Assembly: GCA_020891255.1 (NCBI GenBank)
Contig: BQFW01000004.1
Span: 496,001 to 560,000 of the forward strand
DNA: 64,000 bases
Source of the DNA: Entomortierella parvispora E1425
Lineage: Eukaryota > Fungi > Mortierellomycota
Reading direction: 5' to 3'
The position numbers and the translations under genes are program-made. Shown piece after piece: positions 48,755 through 60,462 of the stretch. The notes under the pieces were generated by a model that had not been told where the DNA came from, did not search any database, and saw nothing but the letters and a program-made list of their open reading frames with translations. The stretch's first letter is position 1, and each line of letters opens with the position of its first letter.

Positions 48755-48764
48755 GTCACGTGAC
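48755..48764. promoter_or_regulatory. Palindromic GTCACGTGAC E-box ~320 bp upstream of the Myb-like gene
   Basis: Perfect 10-bp palindrome in intergenic DNA. Confidence 0.3.
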
Positions 48765-49099
48765 TATAGTCGAAAGATGCCCTGGTGGTGCAGCGGCCCC
48801 GAGCCGCCCCGTGCCTGGACCATGAGGAGGGAAAGACGGGCTAGCCGCTCCGAAGGCGCTCTCGTCGAGGTCGAGCCCTCTCTCTTTGTCGTTCGAACCT
48901 GGCGTGGTCATATTCGCAAATAGATGGTTTCTGTTTTTTTTTTTTTTGGTTCTCTTCCGGGTTTTCCTGAAGTTTTCTCGCCTGCTCGTATGGAACCAGT
49001 GTCCATGTAGCAGAAGCAGCAGCGAAGAAATAGTAGGAAAGAAGTATGTGACAAAGACAACTTTCCCCTATCTTTCTCCCATTGCACCCTTTTACACCA

Positions 49100-49580
49100 G
49101 GGTAGTGTTGGCTTAGAGGCAGATCCAAACAACCTTGGCTGTAGTTTTGCACCTTGTTCATCATACAAGTGTGCCTTCTGGGTCAATTGCAGATACTACG
49201 GCAGTAGTCAATGGATATGATATTAGTGAAGGACAATGGCATGGCTTTCAACAGCCTTCGCGTACTTTGAAAATGAGAATTCGCTTCCCAAATCCCAAAC
49301 GTCTAGAATGCAGTTTAGCAGTTCAAAGAAAACAAAGATGATGAGGAAGACACCTTCCCTACAAGAGATACCGTATTGAGAATCCAAAGGTCTCTTTTAG
49401 TGATAGACTGCATCATTTTTAGATGCTTCTTTTTGGTACTAACCGAGCTTCAACTGGCTAAAATGATGAACAAGCGAAAGAGCTGCAAATACGATGACCT
49501 TGTCAAAATCTCGCCACGCTCACATCCGTACTTGTCATGATTTTTCTTAGTTCGAGAGTGAAAACGTCTTTTCATATTCG
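49100..49580 (+). pseudogene. Decayed ORF fragment inside the MULE, family unknown
   Basis: Frame CWLRGRSKQPWL*FCTLF...QFKENKDDEEDTFPTRD with several TAG/TGA stops and a branch-like ACTAAC..AG at ~49437-49446. Confidence 0.25.
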
Positions 49581-49734
49581 TCCAAAGCTGATGATCCCTT
49601 CTCTGAGGGCCTTGTAACTGGATCAGTACGCGTGTCCAGCTATTTAACATCAACCTCTTTTTGATTCCAACTTCTATCCAACTACACTTTCAACTTTTGT
49701 TCTCTAGAATATTTGTAGTTAAGTGGGGCTCAAT

Positions 49735-49850
49735 TTAACTTAAATAAAGCGACCGACATATACGGGAGCAGCCGACAAATAAGGGGGAGCAGCCGACAAA
49801 TAAGAGCAATGAGCCGACAAATAAGAATTGTCGGACGGGCCGACAAATAG
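49735..49850 (-). repeat. Right TIR with CCGACAAATA subrepeats
   Basis: ttaacttaaa...gccgacaaataag (x3)...ttgtcggacgggccgacaaatag; inverted match to the left TIR. Confidence 0.88.
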
Positions 49851-51084
49851 TCTAGTCCTGTTTTCCCTGCACTTAATTGTGCTTTCCATTCCCTCGCTTT
49901 GCATGGAATTTTTCTAAAGAGATAGAAGACAAGGACCAACGGCGTCCCAAAGCGTCCTGCATTGTGCTGAGAAGAGACAAAAGTATGTAGGTGGCTGGTA
50001 TCTCTGGACCTGCAGACTGCAGCTTTGCCTGATGACCCCTGGACTTCTGAATTGAACCTTTTTCGGGCAGTTGACCTCCTTCTTCCCCATTCCTGCCCAT
50101 CTCTTTCTACCCTTCCACAAGATGCTCTCCTTTCCATATCCCTTTCAATGGCAGGGTCCAGGTCCTTTTCATTTAAGCCTTATCGCTTGCCGACGTCTTT
50201 ACCTTGCTGCATTTTGCAGAGTGAGCATTTGGACCCTCTCTTCTCGCATGCTCGTCCGCAGTAGAGTTCTTCTCGCGACGCGGGATAAAAGTCTCTTTAT
50301 AAGAGTTTGTCCTTGAAAGAGCTACTTTAGAAGCAATGAAAAGTAAGACTCGTTGGGGCTCTAGCGGGAAACGGTCCAGGCACAAAAAGCGGTACCTCAC
50401 AACCGGTATTTGACTCCCGCATGACCCACGCGTCTAATTGGACAATAACTTCGTTCTCTTTCATTTTCGCGTCAGGTCATGAGTCCATCTCCTTTCCTCC
50501 TGTCGATGTGACCCAAGGACAGGATAACTCACACCTTCTTCAACCTTACCTTTCCCCTTCATGACAACTGCGCTTTCCTCTTTCAGTCTCTCTGCTTGTT
50601 TTGCTTGCCTCTCTGGCTGCAAGCCTGACTTGATCGGCTGATAGGATTTGGCTCACGACTTGACCTACTAATTAACAAACTGGGAGCCTGCAACGCCAGC
50701 GTTTTAGAATATGTTTGTTTTACATGGAACACAAACAAAAAAAACCGACATCATGCAACGCAATGGAGGATGATGACGCTCGTTGGTTCCTTTTTTTTTT
50801 TTTTTTTGTGCCTGGGTAAAAAAAAAAGGGGGGGGAAGAGGAAAGTTTGTGTCCATGCAAAACCTGCGACTGTGGGCTGAACGAACCTTTTCTTTTTTTG
50901 CTTTTTTTTTTGTGTGTGTGTTTTTTATTACAACGAAAGACGCGGCGAAAAGGGTGGGGGGAACGAATCTCTTTCCCAGCAGGAATGCGCAGGCGCCTGA
51001 TAGGAATGAGTCTAACCGCAAAAAAAAAAAAAAAAAAAAAAAAAAAAGATATATGAAGGGGGAGACGAGACGACTAAATAAATT

Positions 51085-52908
51085 CTATTGGGAACAATCG
51101 TACTTGTAAACACGGACATAGTCCACGGCAAGGGCGCGATCTAATCCGTTTTCGGGACCCCAGGTTGGGTACCAATCATCTTTGGCGGCATAGAACTCGT
51201 TGACGGCATGTTCTGATTGATCGTTCCATGGCTTGCCTCCAACTCCGTCCGGGAAGTATCCTGCCGTACCCGCTACGGCCACATTCATGATCTATGAAGG
51301 AGAAGGAGGCCAAACATGTTTATGTCCATTGACTTTACCGGACTCTCGGAGAGATGTGGAAGAACAAAAGAGGCGAGACTTACGAGGTAAAAATCTTGAT
51401 CGAACGGTGCAGAATTGGACCCAACCCAAAGGTTATCCACCCACTCTGGGAATTGACCCTTTTTGAACATGTCGTTAAAGGTGACATTCAACACTAGGTC
51501 ATCGTCGACATAGGTTTTGAGTGCCTCAGGCGTCCAATCTAATGTAAAGATATGGAAGTCATCTGCGAAACTCTCTTCTTTCGGAAGTGCGTATTCTGCA
51601 TGGGTCATCTTGTATCGGTTGAACTCGTATGAAGGGCCTTTGTTGTTGTTGTCGGTGTTGTAGTTGGTGTTGTTGTTGGTGTAGTTGTTTCATAAAAAAA
51701 AAAGGCATGGAGATAGGGAATGAGTCTCCGAGAAACACAGCATCCAACAATGGAATCTAAATCTCGTCTTGCTGCCCCATGCGCCTTACCCCAGTGCAAA
51801 GTCGATGCGATCTTGTTGTTACCTCCTCCAGGATACTCGGGTCCATTACCACGCGATTCAACTATATCAATCTCTCCACTCGCAGGCCACCCTCCGTACT
51901 GATAGTCGACCGGCAGCATCCAGATAGCCTATTCAAATCCAGAGAGCGCCACGTTTTCAGGAGCGAGTCAGGCACTGAATCCAAGCCCTTTTTTTTTTTT
52001 TTTTTTTTTGTCATTGTCCTTTCTTACCGGCCAAATCCATTTGCCCTTTGGCATCCTTGCCTTGACTTCGACTTTGCCATATTTAAACTTGAAGCTATTG
52101 ACGGACCGTACCAATCCGGATTGGATCGGGTTCAAGATATTACCACCAGCGCCCGCGACACGATAACAGCCATAGTCATAATTGCCCGTGCATTGCGTGC
52201 CTGGGTCCGTGCCCCACAGGTCCAGGACGCCATTCTCTTTCAAGGCCTCCAGGCCAATCCTGTTTTCCGTCAGCGTAGGTCGGATGTAAAAGACGCCATC
52301 CTTCACAAAAGTGTTGGTCCGGTTGTTCATGTACGCCTGTACCTCAAAATTGCCGCCTCCCGTCAATGTCAAGTCGTGCTACGTGAAGGGGATCAAACAA
52401 CCTTTTTTTTTTAGTGGCGCAACCTTTTTTTCTTTCCTCTCTTCCTGTCCTTCATTCCTCCCTATTTTTTTTTTTTTTTTTTTACCTTCCAGATAGAATT
52501 GTCCAGAGTATCAAACTCATCCGCAAAGAGCAGGCAGTTGTCCGTCTTGATGATCGACGTTGTCGACATTATCTCTTCTTTTGTTTTCGACTTGACATCA
52601 GTCTCCTCTGTTGAAGTGGACATTGTATGTTGTTGTTGTTGTTGCTGCTGCTCCATGCGAGAATGTCCATCCCGCCGAAAGTCGACGCCAATCATCTTTT
52701 GAATGTCAAGGTTGGAACAGTCGTCCGTCTGTGTGACCGTCCCATGGGCGGCAGCATGAGAGTCTCCTGGCGTCGACTCTAAACCCGCTGTGGCGGATGT
52801 GGCGGATGTGGTGGATGTAGCGGATGTGGTCGCGACTAGAACGCTGACAGCCCCAATGACGAGCGAAATGGCCAAGGCCGGCGAGATCGTCAATGATTTT
52901 AGTCTCAT
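51085..52908 (-). CDS. Secreted GH16 beta-1,3-glucanase / beta-glucan-binding protein-like
   Basis: Exons 52908-52486, 52378-52028, 51928-51790, 51638-51384, 51291-51085; signal peptide; LLFADEFD, GGGNFEVQAY, FKYGKVEVKARMP, WPAIWMLP, catalytic SGEIDIVE, PFDQDFYLIMNVAV. Confidence 0.93.
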
Positions 52909-53540
52909 ATTAGTGCGGGAAAATTGCCTCCTTGTTGTTAGTCGATAACACGCGTCCGTTGCGAAAGAGCTGAACTATTGTTGTGCTAAAAGATGAGTAG
53001 CAGGAGAGATATGATACTTGTTTAGATGGAACAAGAAAGAAGAAGAGAAAAGGGAAGGGAGAGGAGAAAGAACAAAGTGGGAATATATAAAGAAAGAGAG
53101 AGAGAGACCAAAGGACCCAGGATTCTCTTGTTCACCTCGAGGGTGCCTTGCCCTGAGAATGCGGTTCAGGGCGCGCACGAGTATATGAGACGCGCCACAT
53201 GCTCCTGCAACCCTCTTCGAGTTCGGACCAACTGTGGGGTTCTCGGATCCTTGGTCTTGTCTTCCACACCCTCCACCGTGCCGCCTCCTTTTTTTTTTCC
53301 AATTTGCGATAGATCTTGATTGGTCTCTTGCTTCCTTTCTTGTCTCCATCTCCCTGCGTCTCGTTTCGATCGACACGATTATCTGTCTCTCTCTCTCCTT
53401 GTCTCTCCCGATTCTTTGGGAAGCATAGCATTTTTTTTTCTTCTTTTTATACATTTATACATGCAATGACTATGATACAAAATGAAATGCGCAAACTGTC
53501 CATCATGACCGCATTGGGGCTATTCAGTGCCACGCTACAA

Positions 53541-56500
53541 CTAAATTTGATCCAAGTCTGACTCGTCCTCGTCGTCATTGGTGTCATCTTCGTCTCCTTC
53601 CTCGTCTTCCCCGCTTTCCATCTCCTTTGATGATCCACGACCTTTGCGCGACAGGGCCATACTAGCAGATGCCTTTTGGGGTGATGATCCACGTCGCTTT
53701 CGTGTCTCTGCAGTGGGAAGAAGAATGTCCTCGTCGCGGATTCGCTGAACAGTCTCTGCCTCAATCAGCTCACGGAAACGGGCTAGCTGCCACTTCATCA
53801 TCGCATCCCCTCCAGCTTTCGGTCCTACTCCCTCCGACACGGATCTCCCACAGAGAACGCTCACCTCGTTCGCTTTCCATTGCCAGTGCAATCGAGCTGC
53901 TGACCCCTTGTACCGCGCCTGTGGTTTTTCTTTGTGGGTCATGCTTGCGCTGATCTGGAATTGCTGACACTTTGATTCGCTCATGTCATAATTGCGCTTG
54001 AGGTAACTTTTCAAGGCGATTGCTGCTTCCACCGCCACACTGGCCTTCGCCATGACTGCTAGAGGAAGAACAGGCTCGCGATCGTCTTCGGATGTGGTTG
54101 TAGCTGGAGCTCCATCATAAGCTGCCTCAGGCCCAGACAACTCTGCGACATCTTCTCCTGATTCGTTCCCATTCGTGACAACCAGTGGCTGCCCCTTTCC
54201 TTTCCTGATGGCCTTCCCATTGCCCCCCTTACTCCTTCTCTGGGTTTGTAGAATAGGTTTCTTCTTGGATAGACGATTGCCAGACAACGTTGTCGATCCC
54301 GAAGCCATCTCCAGGAGGCTCTCCAAAAGCGTCATGCCAGTCCCAGCAATAATCCTGTTCAAATAGAATATCACCAGGTACACCTCTTCCATCGTCCTGT
54401 ACTGAAGGTAGGCAAGATTTTCAGCAATAAATCGCGCGTAGTCACCATCCACTTGAACATCCTTGACAGTCAGGTCCACATCAAGAGTTTTGACAAGGCC
54501 CGACAAGAGTGCATTCCTTGTCTGTCGTTTCTCGCTGGCAAGACCATACATTGTGTCCAGCAGAGCCTTGGGCTGGTTCGTCTCTGGGACAACTCGGTAG
54601 CCTAAAAGAGGTAAGGTCTGGTTAGGCCACAGTCTCCAGAGAAATATCTCTCTATACATCTAAAATCGCATCTCTGGCTTTTACCTAGAGTGTCTGCTGA
54701 AGCCCCAATGGCGTTTCTGTAGAGGTACAACGTGCGAACGCATTCGGAACTCTTTGAATAAATCAATGAGGCGTGCTTGTCATGAAGCTCCCGGTGAATC
54801 TTGAAGGCTCTATCGCTCAATACAGGGTCATCACTGGCCTCGAGTGCAACCGCCACTGGCATACAAAGTACGGGATGAACCAAAGCCTGAGATGTCACTT
54901 GACCAATAACATCAATAGCGGCACCTTGTAAGGCACGGTCATTTAAAAGCGCGCACTGCAACACTCGATCCAGATATCGCTGCATGATAGAACTGCCGAC
55001 TCCGGCGCCCATGTGATCTTCCGCCTTGGCAATCAGACTGTTACTTGTCGCAGCTTCATCTGGAGTGGTAGAAGAGCTCTGGATCTTTGCCAAAAAGTTG
55101 AAGCAGACAGAAAGAAGCTCGATTTTCATGGCACTATCGCCTCCTGAAAAGACTGCATCCATGATACGATGGCTGTGGGGTGAGTTCATGAGGGCCGGGA
55201 ATGACAGGAAGACAAAGCCTATAGACAGAGCATTATCAATACAAAGACTGTTAGCCATTGGTGCACCATCCCTATCTTTCATCATGCATTGGTACCCGCA
55301 ATTCATTACCTAACGACTGGAGTGCACCTTGCTGGATAGGCCCTGAGTTTCCAGAAACACAAAGTGATACCAAAAGATTGAAAACATGCTCCTCCGTCGT
55401 TGAGGACATGGACGCTTTGAGATCCTCCAAGTGGGGTTCTTTTGGGTTGTCTGCGATAGTCTGTGAGAATGGAAAGTGTTGACACAACAATCCCACAATT
55501 GTCATGAGTCTTCGAGTCTTGTTTTCCTGGACTGATTGACCCTGGAGTAGCTTTTGAGCATCCGTACTGAGCAGCCCAACACATGTCTGGAAGAACTTGC
55601 ATATCCGCATTGAATGGCTCGTCAACAACCGAACAATCAGGCACAGGACGCTAACAGCTTCAGGAAGTAAAACCACCGGACATTTTGCAACCAGAGCCAG
55701 CGACAACCTCTCTGCTGTTTGCGCATCCATGGCTGAAACATCTTTGACAACTGGCACAGCGCTTTGAAAGATCCGCAAGACAAACATGGTGATCCGCCAG
55801 TCCTCTGAGGTCGTCGAACAATGAAGGTAAACCAAAAGGGACCCGAGGTGCTTGGCATCCACCAGTCGGGGCTCAGCTCTGACAAAAGTGAAGAGGGTGT
55901 GCACAGTAGAGGTAACCGCTGACTTTGGTGCGTCTTCGTCCTGAAGTGTTTGAACAAGATCGACCAAACAGTCGACGATCACAACGCAGGCTCTTCCAAA
56001 GTCTTGACTAGCAGCGACTGGATCGAAGTTGTGGTGACCACGCTCCTTCTTGAGCAGATTCGTGATCACAGAGCCAAACGCCTCGTCTTGTTGAGCAGAG
56101 AGCTGTCCTACCATATCAACCAATGTTCGCGTGCGCCTAGACACTTCTCTTTTCTGGGATGGGCTCACGAATCCGTCATGTGCTGGTCGGCGCGAGTCGC
56201 CCTGCTCCTCTGCTGTAGCTGCTGTCACTGAAATAAACTGCCCAAAGACGACCTCGCTCACGCTCTTGAGGGCCAACTCCCTGACTGAGGTCTCGCCATC
56301 ATTCACACGAAGCAGCAGCTTCTGAGAAATGTCGTTTTTAGTGACGGCACCGTCCGAAACAGAATACATATCTCGTAACAAACGGATTACTCGCTTTCGA
56401 ACATTCAATCCAGTATCCTATATTTTCAACAAGAGATGAGAAGATGTTAGGCTCGGTACCTTCCAAGATCAGACAAGTTCGCTTAGAATTCCCCTGGACA

Positions 56501-59500
56501 CTTACAGATATGCGGTCGGTGACAATGTCGTAGTAAGCCCTTCGAATCTTTGCATCCTGTACCATGTACTTTCCAACCATCTCGACGGCTGCATCACGGA
56601 CTGAGGAGCTCTGGTCTTGCAATCGTAAGGCAACAGTCTTGCGAACATTTTGCTGAGAAAGTACCCCATAGTCACCAATGACAATCAGAGACAGCGCCTT
56701 CAACGCCTTGGCTCGAAGAGTAATAGCGCCACTCTCCAGAGTCATCAAGATCCTGGATAACAGCATGTCAAACGAGAGAAACAAGCTTTGTCTGGAGGTG
56801 AGATAGACAGCGTTTCTAAGGATCGTTTTGCGTATCACAGGCGTCGATGAGCGTGCATCATGTTCCTGGTTATTGAACAGCTTCCAGCACTTGGAAGCCT
56901 CAAGTACCAGGGTATTCCAGCACTCTTCGTTCCATTGACCCCCTTCGACGTCTTTCGTGGTTGCGGAGCAAATTGACAACAGCCATTGAGCAATCCAAGA
57001 GTTCTTGGCTGACCTTAACGCTGAGTCGTTGGCTTCTTGTGAACCAAGATATCTGACGATGCCACTGTAACTCGCCTGCAAGTACAGTACGTCCGTTATT
57101 TTGGTCTCAGAAGTGAGCTCTCCATAGAAAGGTCGACACTCTTCCTTGTCGTCACCCGCTTGTTGCTCTGAAGTCTTCTCCAGCTCGTTGGATATGGTTT
57201 TCACTTTAGCTGCAATCGATCCTAGGCAGTCCACAGCCATGATTCGTGATGCAGAGTCTGCTTTAGAGTCGTCCAAGAATCTCGCCTACAAGGTGAAAGT
57301 ACGTTAGAGGTGAGTTCCGGACATAATACTTTTACTTTTGAGAAAACTTACCATAGCTTTGCTGAACAAGAAGAGATATAGTTCAGCGCTTGGCCATTCT
57401 GGATGACCCAGGACTGTGAGCAGATCGTTCAACAATGCGTCCAGCACTGCCCTGTAATCAGCATCCAGAGATGATTTTGTTGGTTTGGTGCAACGTGAAA
57501 GCAAAATGTTGAAAATGTAGCCGACGCTAGACTTTGCACCTTCCATCACTGAGCGCATGCTGTCCTGAATCTATTAGTCATACCAAAGGTTGCGGTGTTA
57601 TTACCAACATACTGCCGCCGAAGCTATGAAAGAAATCGCTCATCAATCGCATACCTTCTGCAGCTCAATCCTTTGGGTTGAGTGTGGTAGCTCTTGAAAA
57701 TCGACAGGAAGTCTTTGCGCGGTGGTGTTCTCGGCACACATATGAACCAACTGCAGGAGTAAAGCAGACGAGGCATGGATTCTGGACCCATCGGTTAATC
57801 TAAACAGAAAAAAGATCGGTGAGCTGCTGAACTCTCCTCTGCCACATCACATCACGAATGAGGCCGCAATTTAAAACTGGCCCTTACCTGTAGGATTTGA
57901 CGACCTTTTTACCATGTGGCAGTTTGATGAGCAGTGAGAGGATTTCTTCCAAGATCCAAGACCGTTGGCTTTGATGTTTTGCGAATAGCTAACAAAAGCA
58001 AGTAAACAAGATGTTAGTTAGCATGCGCGGTTACCAAAAATAACATTGAAAAAAACCAATGAAATCCTACCAATCTCATCAGACTTGATCCCGCCTGTTT
58101 CAACGACTCTGCTTCGGTCAGTCCCACAATCATTTCAGAGCTCGTGTCGATAAAGAAGAGAGATAAAGCAATATACACGAACTTGACAACAATGTCATCC
58201 GACAAATCCGCATCCCCAGTAACACGAAGCTTCTCGGCAATGTCGCATGTAATCCTGACTAGAGACAGCATCTGTCGCTTCAGAGAATCATTTTCAGAAA
58301 TGCCTTTGAATACCGCAGATCCCTTGCTTAAACCGTTGTCCTCCTTTGAGAACTCGAGGGCCGGAGCGAGAAATTTCTCGAGTCGAGTCTTGAACACGCT
58401 TAGAGATGTAAGTAGAAGCTCCTCTGGGAAGAGGTGTTGCGCAAGACCCTTCGCATTCAAAATGACCAAGCTCAATGACGCATGTTGCAGAGACAGCACA
58501 ATTCCGTCAAGCATCCCGCTTAGGTTCTTGCCACTATCCATAGTATTTTCAGCCGTCCCAGATCCATCATTCTCCAAGATTTCGAGAGAGTCAAAATGGC
58601 TCATGGACCGATCCAGGTATCGCAACAATGTCGCCATGGTGTCGATTTGCACCTCTGCAATAAGTCCACGGCCTGATAGATCACTCACGGATCGCTCCAG
58701 ATGCCTTAGCTCAACCAAGGTCAAAGAACGACGTGTACCATCTTCATTAGATTCGCCTTCCTGGGGGCGTTCCAAAAACTCGGAAACAGTGTCCTCGAAA
58801 TCCGAAACTGGGTCTAGAAAACAGACTTGATTAGATCTTTTTTTTTTTTTTCATTTCTAGAGGAGTGCACGTTACATTTCACAAATAGCAATTCGCATCT
58901 TACCAAGGTCTTGGGTAGGTTCTGTTGGTCGAGGAATTGGAATTGAAGTTCCCGATTTGGCTGGACTCGATTGACGTGCCTTAGCATTGCTCGGATCAGC
59001 GGCGGAGGAGGCAGGGCGAGATTTGATCTTTTTGGGTGCTCTGGCCTTCTTCTTTTCAAGCTCATCGTCGGTACCATCATGCGCGCTTCTCTTTTGGGAC
59101 GATGGAGCTCTCGGAGAACTTGGCCCCCTTTGTGATGATGTCGCGATTCCATCAACTGTAGTGGACGAGAGTGTTGCTGGCAGTGATGTTGGCAATGACG
59201 GAGGTTGCACTGGAGTTTGACGAAGTTGTAGAAGAGTGGCATAAGGATCGACCCTTGGGAGCTGTTGGACACTTCCAGAGTGTGATTGGGTCAGCGTGCA
59301 ATGTTCAAGGATCGCCTCCGAAAGATTGGCGAGTGGAAAGTCGAACTGTGGTATAAAGGACTCTTGGCTGGAGGTAATCTGAGCCGCCTCTTGAAAGCGA
59401 CTAAAACATCAACGAGCATTGTTAGTCCTGTGGCCATTTCTTACATAAAGTTGATAGGATGGAACGTACATGTTATCGACATTGGCGCTCGCAACAATAG

Positions 59501-59977
59501 ATTTGAGATACTCCCTCTCAAAGTTGTTGCTATACTGTGAGAGCCCCTCCTGGGCCAACACGGCGCGGATAGCAGGATCCCTTGCATGGGCGACCTCAAA
59601 GTCATGGAACGCAACGGTAAGTGAAGGGAGATCTCGCAAAACTATGATATAAGAAAGGAAGAGGGTTTTGTTGCCACATGGTCAGGATATTGGTTGGCTA
59701 AAACTACACCAGCATGGATAGTGAAGAACATCCTCTTCATACCAGAGTCAGCTGAAGTGATCGAAGCCAGGGCACAAAACTGCAAGCCTGCCTGTGCAGT
59801 TGTAGGGACGTGGTTCAGACTCGGACCAAGAAACCCGGATCCCTGGGGCCCCAGTCCAACGGTAGCCTCAGTCGATTCAGGCAGAGTGGCTGTAGGTGAG
59901 ACTGGGTTCATGGATGCAGGGATGGAGGAATGTGCCTGAATTGGTGGCAAAGGGCGCTGCTGAATGGGGTCGGCCAT
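53541..59977 (-). CDS. SCC2: Cohesin loader Scc2/Mis4/NIPBL (multi-exon)
   Basis: HEAT-repeat ORFs with FLSFDMLLSRILMTLE..LRAKALKAL, DQSSSVRDAAVEMVGK, DTGLNVRKRVI (Cohesin_HEAT) and FIAENLAYLQYRTMEEV (Nipped-B_C); ATG at 59977, stop at 53541. Confidence 0.92.
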
Positions 59978-60462
59978 GATGCAGACTTAGGCAGACATTG
60001 GTTGCCAGGACAGCAGCAGCGGCGGGGGTGTGAGGAACAGGGGCCGGTATGGGGTGGAGGGTGGAGGGTGGAGGGTGGGACGGACGGACGAGAGGCGGCA
60101 CTGCGAAGGCGGACGATGAGCGAGAGAGAATGAAAGGGGCGAATGAAAAGCGAGAGAAAGGCGATCTCGCGTCAGGTCAGTGTGTCAGTGTGTCGGTGTG
60201 TCTTGTCTGTCTGTCCACAAGAAAAAAAGAAAAAGCAACGCCCAGCCCAGCGCCACCATTTTCGTATTGTCGTGTTCTGTCCCTTCCTTTGATCGCAGAT
60301 GCTGCGCCATTGGCTGGGCTGCAATATAATATATGCAGTCTTTTTATTCAGTTGGTGGCAAGCAGCGTCTATCGCTCTCGTCTCGCCTCTCGCGCCCCTC
60401 TACATCTACATACATGTCCCTCTACATGTATATGTACAGTACAGCGCTTTCTGTGCACACTT

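Larger units (their letters stand above)
40624..49850. mobile_element. ~9.2-kb composite Mutator-like (MULE) DNA transposon bounded by ~120-bp TIRs
   Basis: 40624-40748 is the imperfect reverse complement of 49735-49850. It encloses a MULE transposase, a Harbinger-type nuclease gene and a Myb/SANT-like gene. No canonical 9-bp TSD seen. Confidence 0.82.

Noticed and set aside
40084-49879. 11-bp inverted match caattaagtgc / gcacttaattg as an outer TIR
   Set aside because: The similarity does not extend on either side; compatible with chance.
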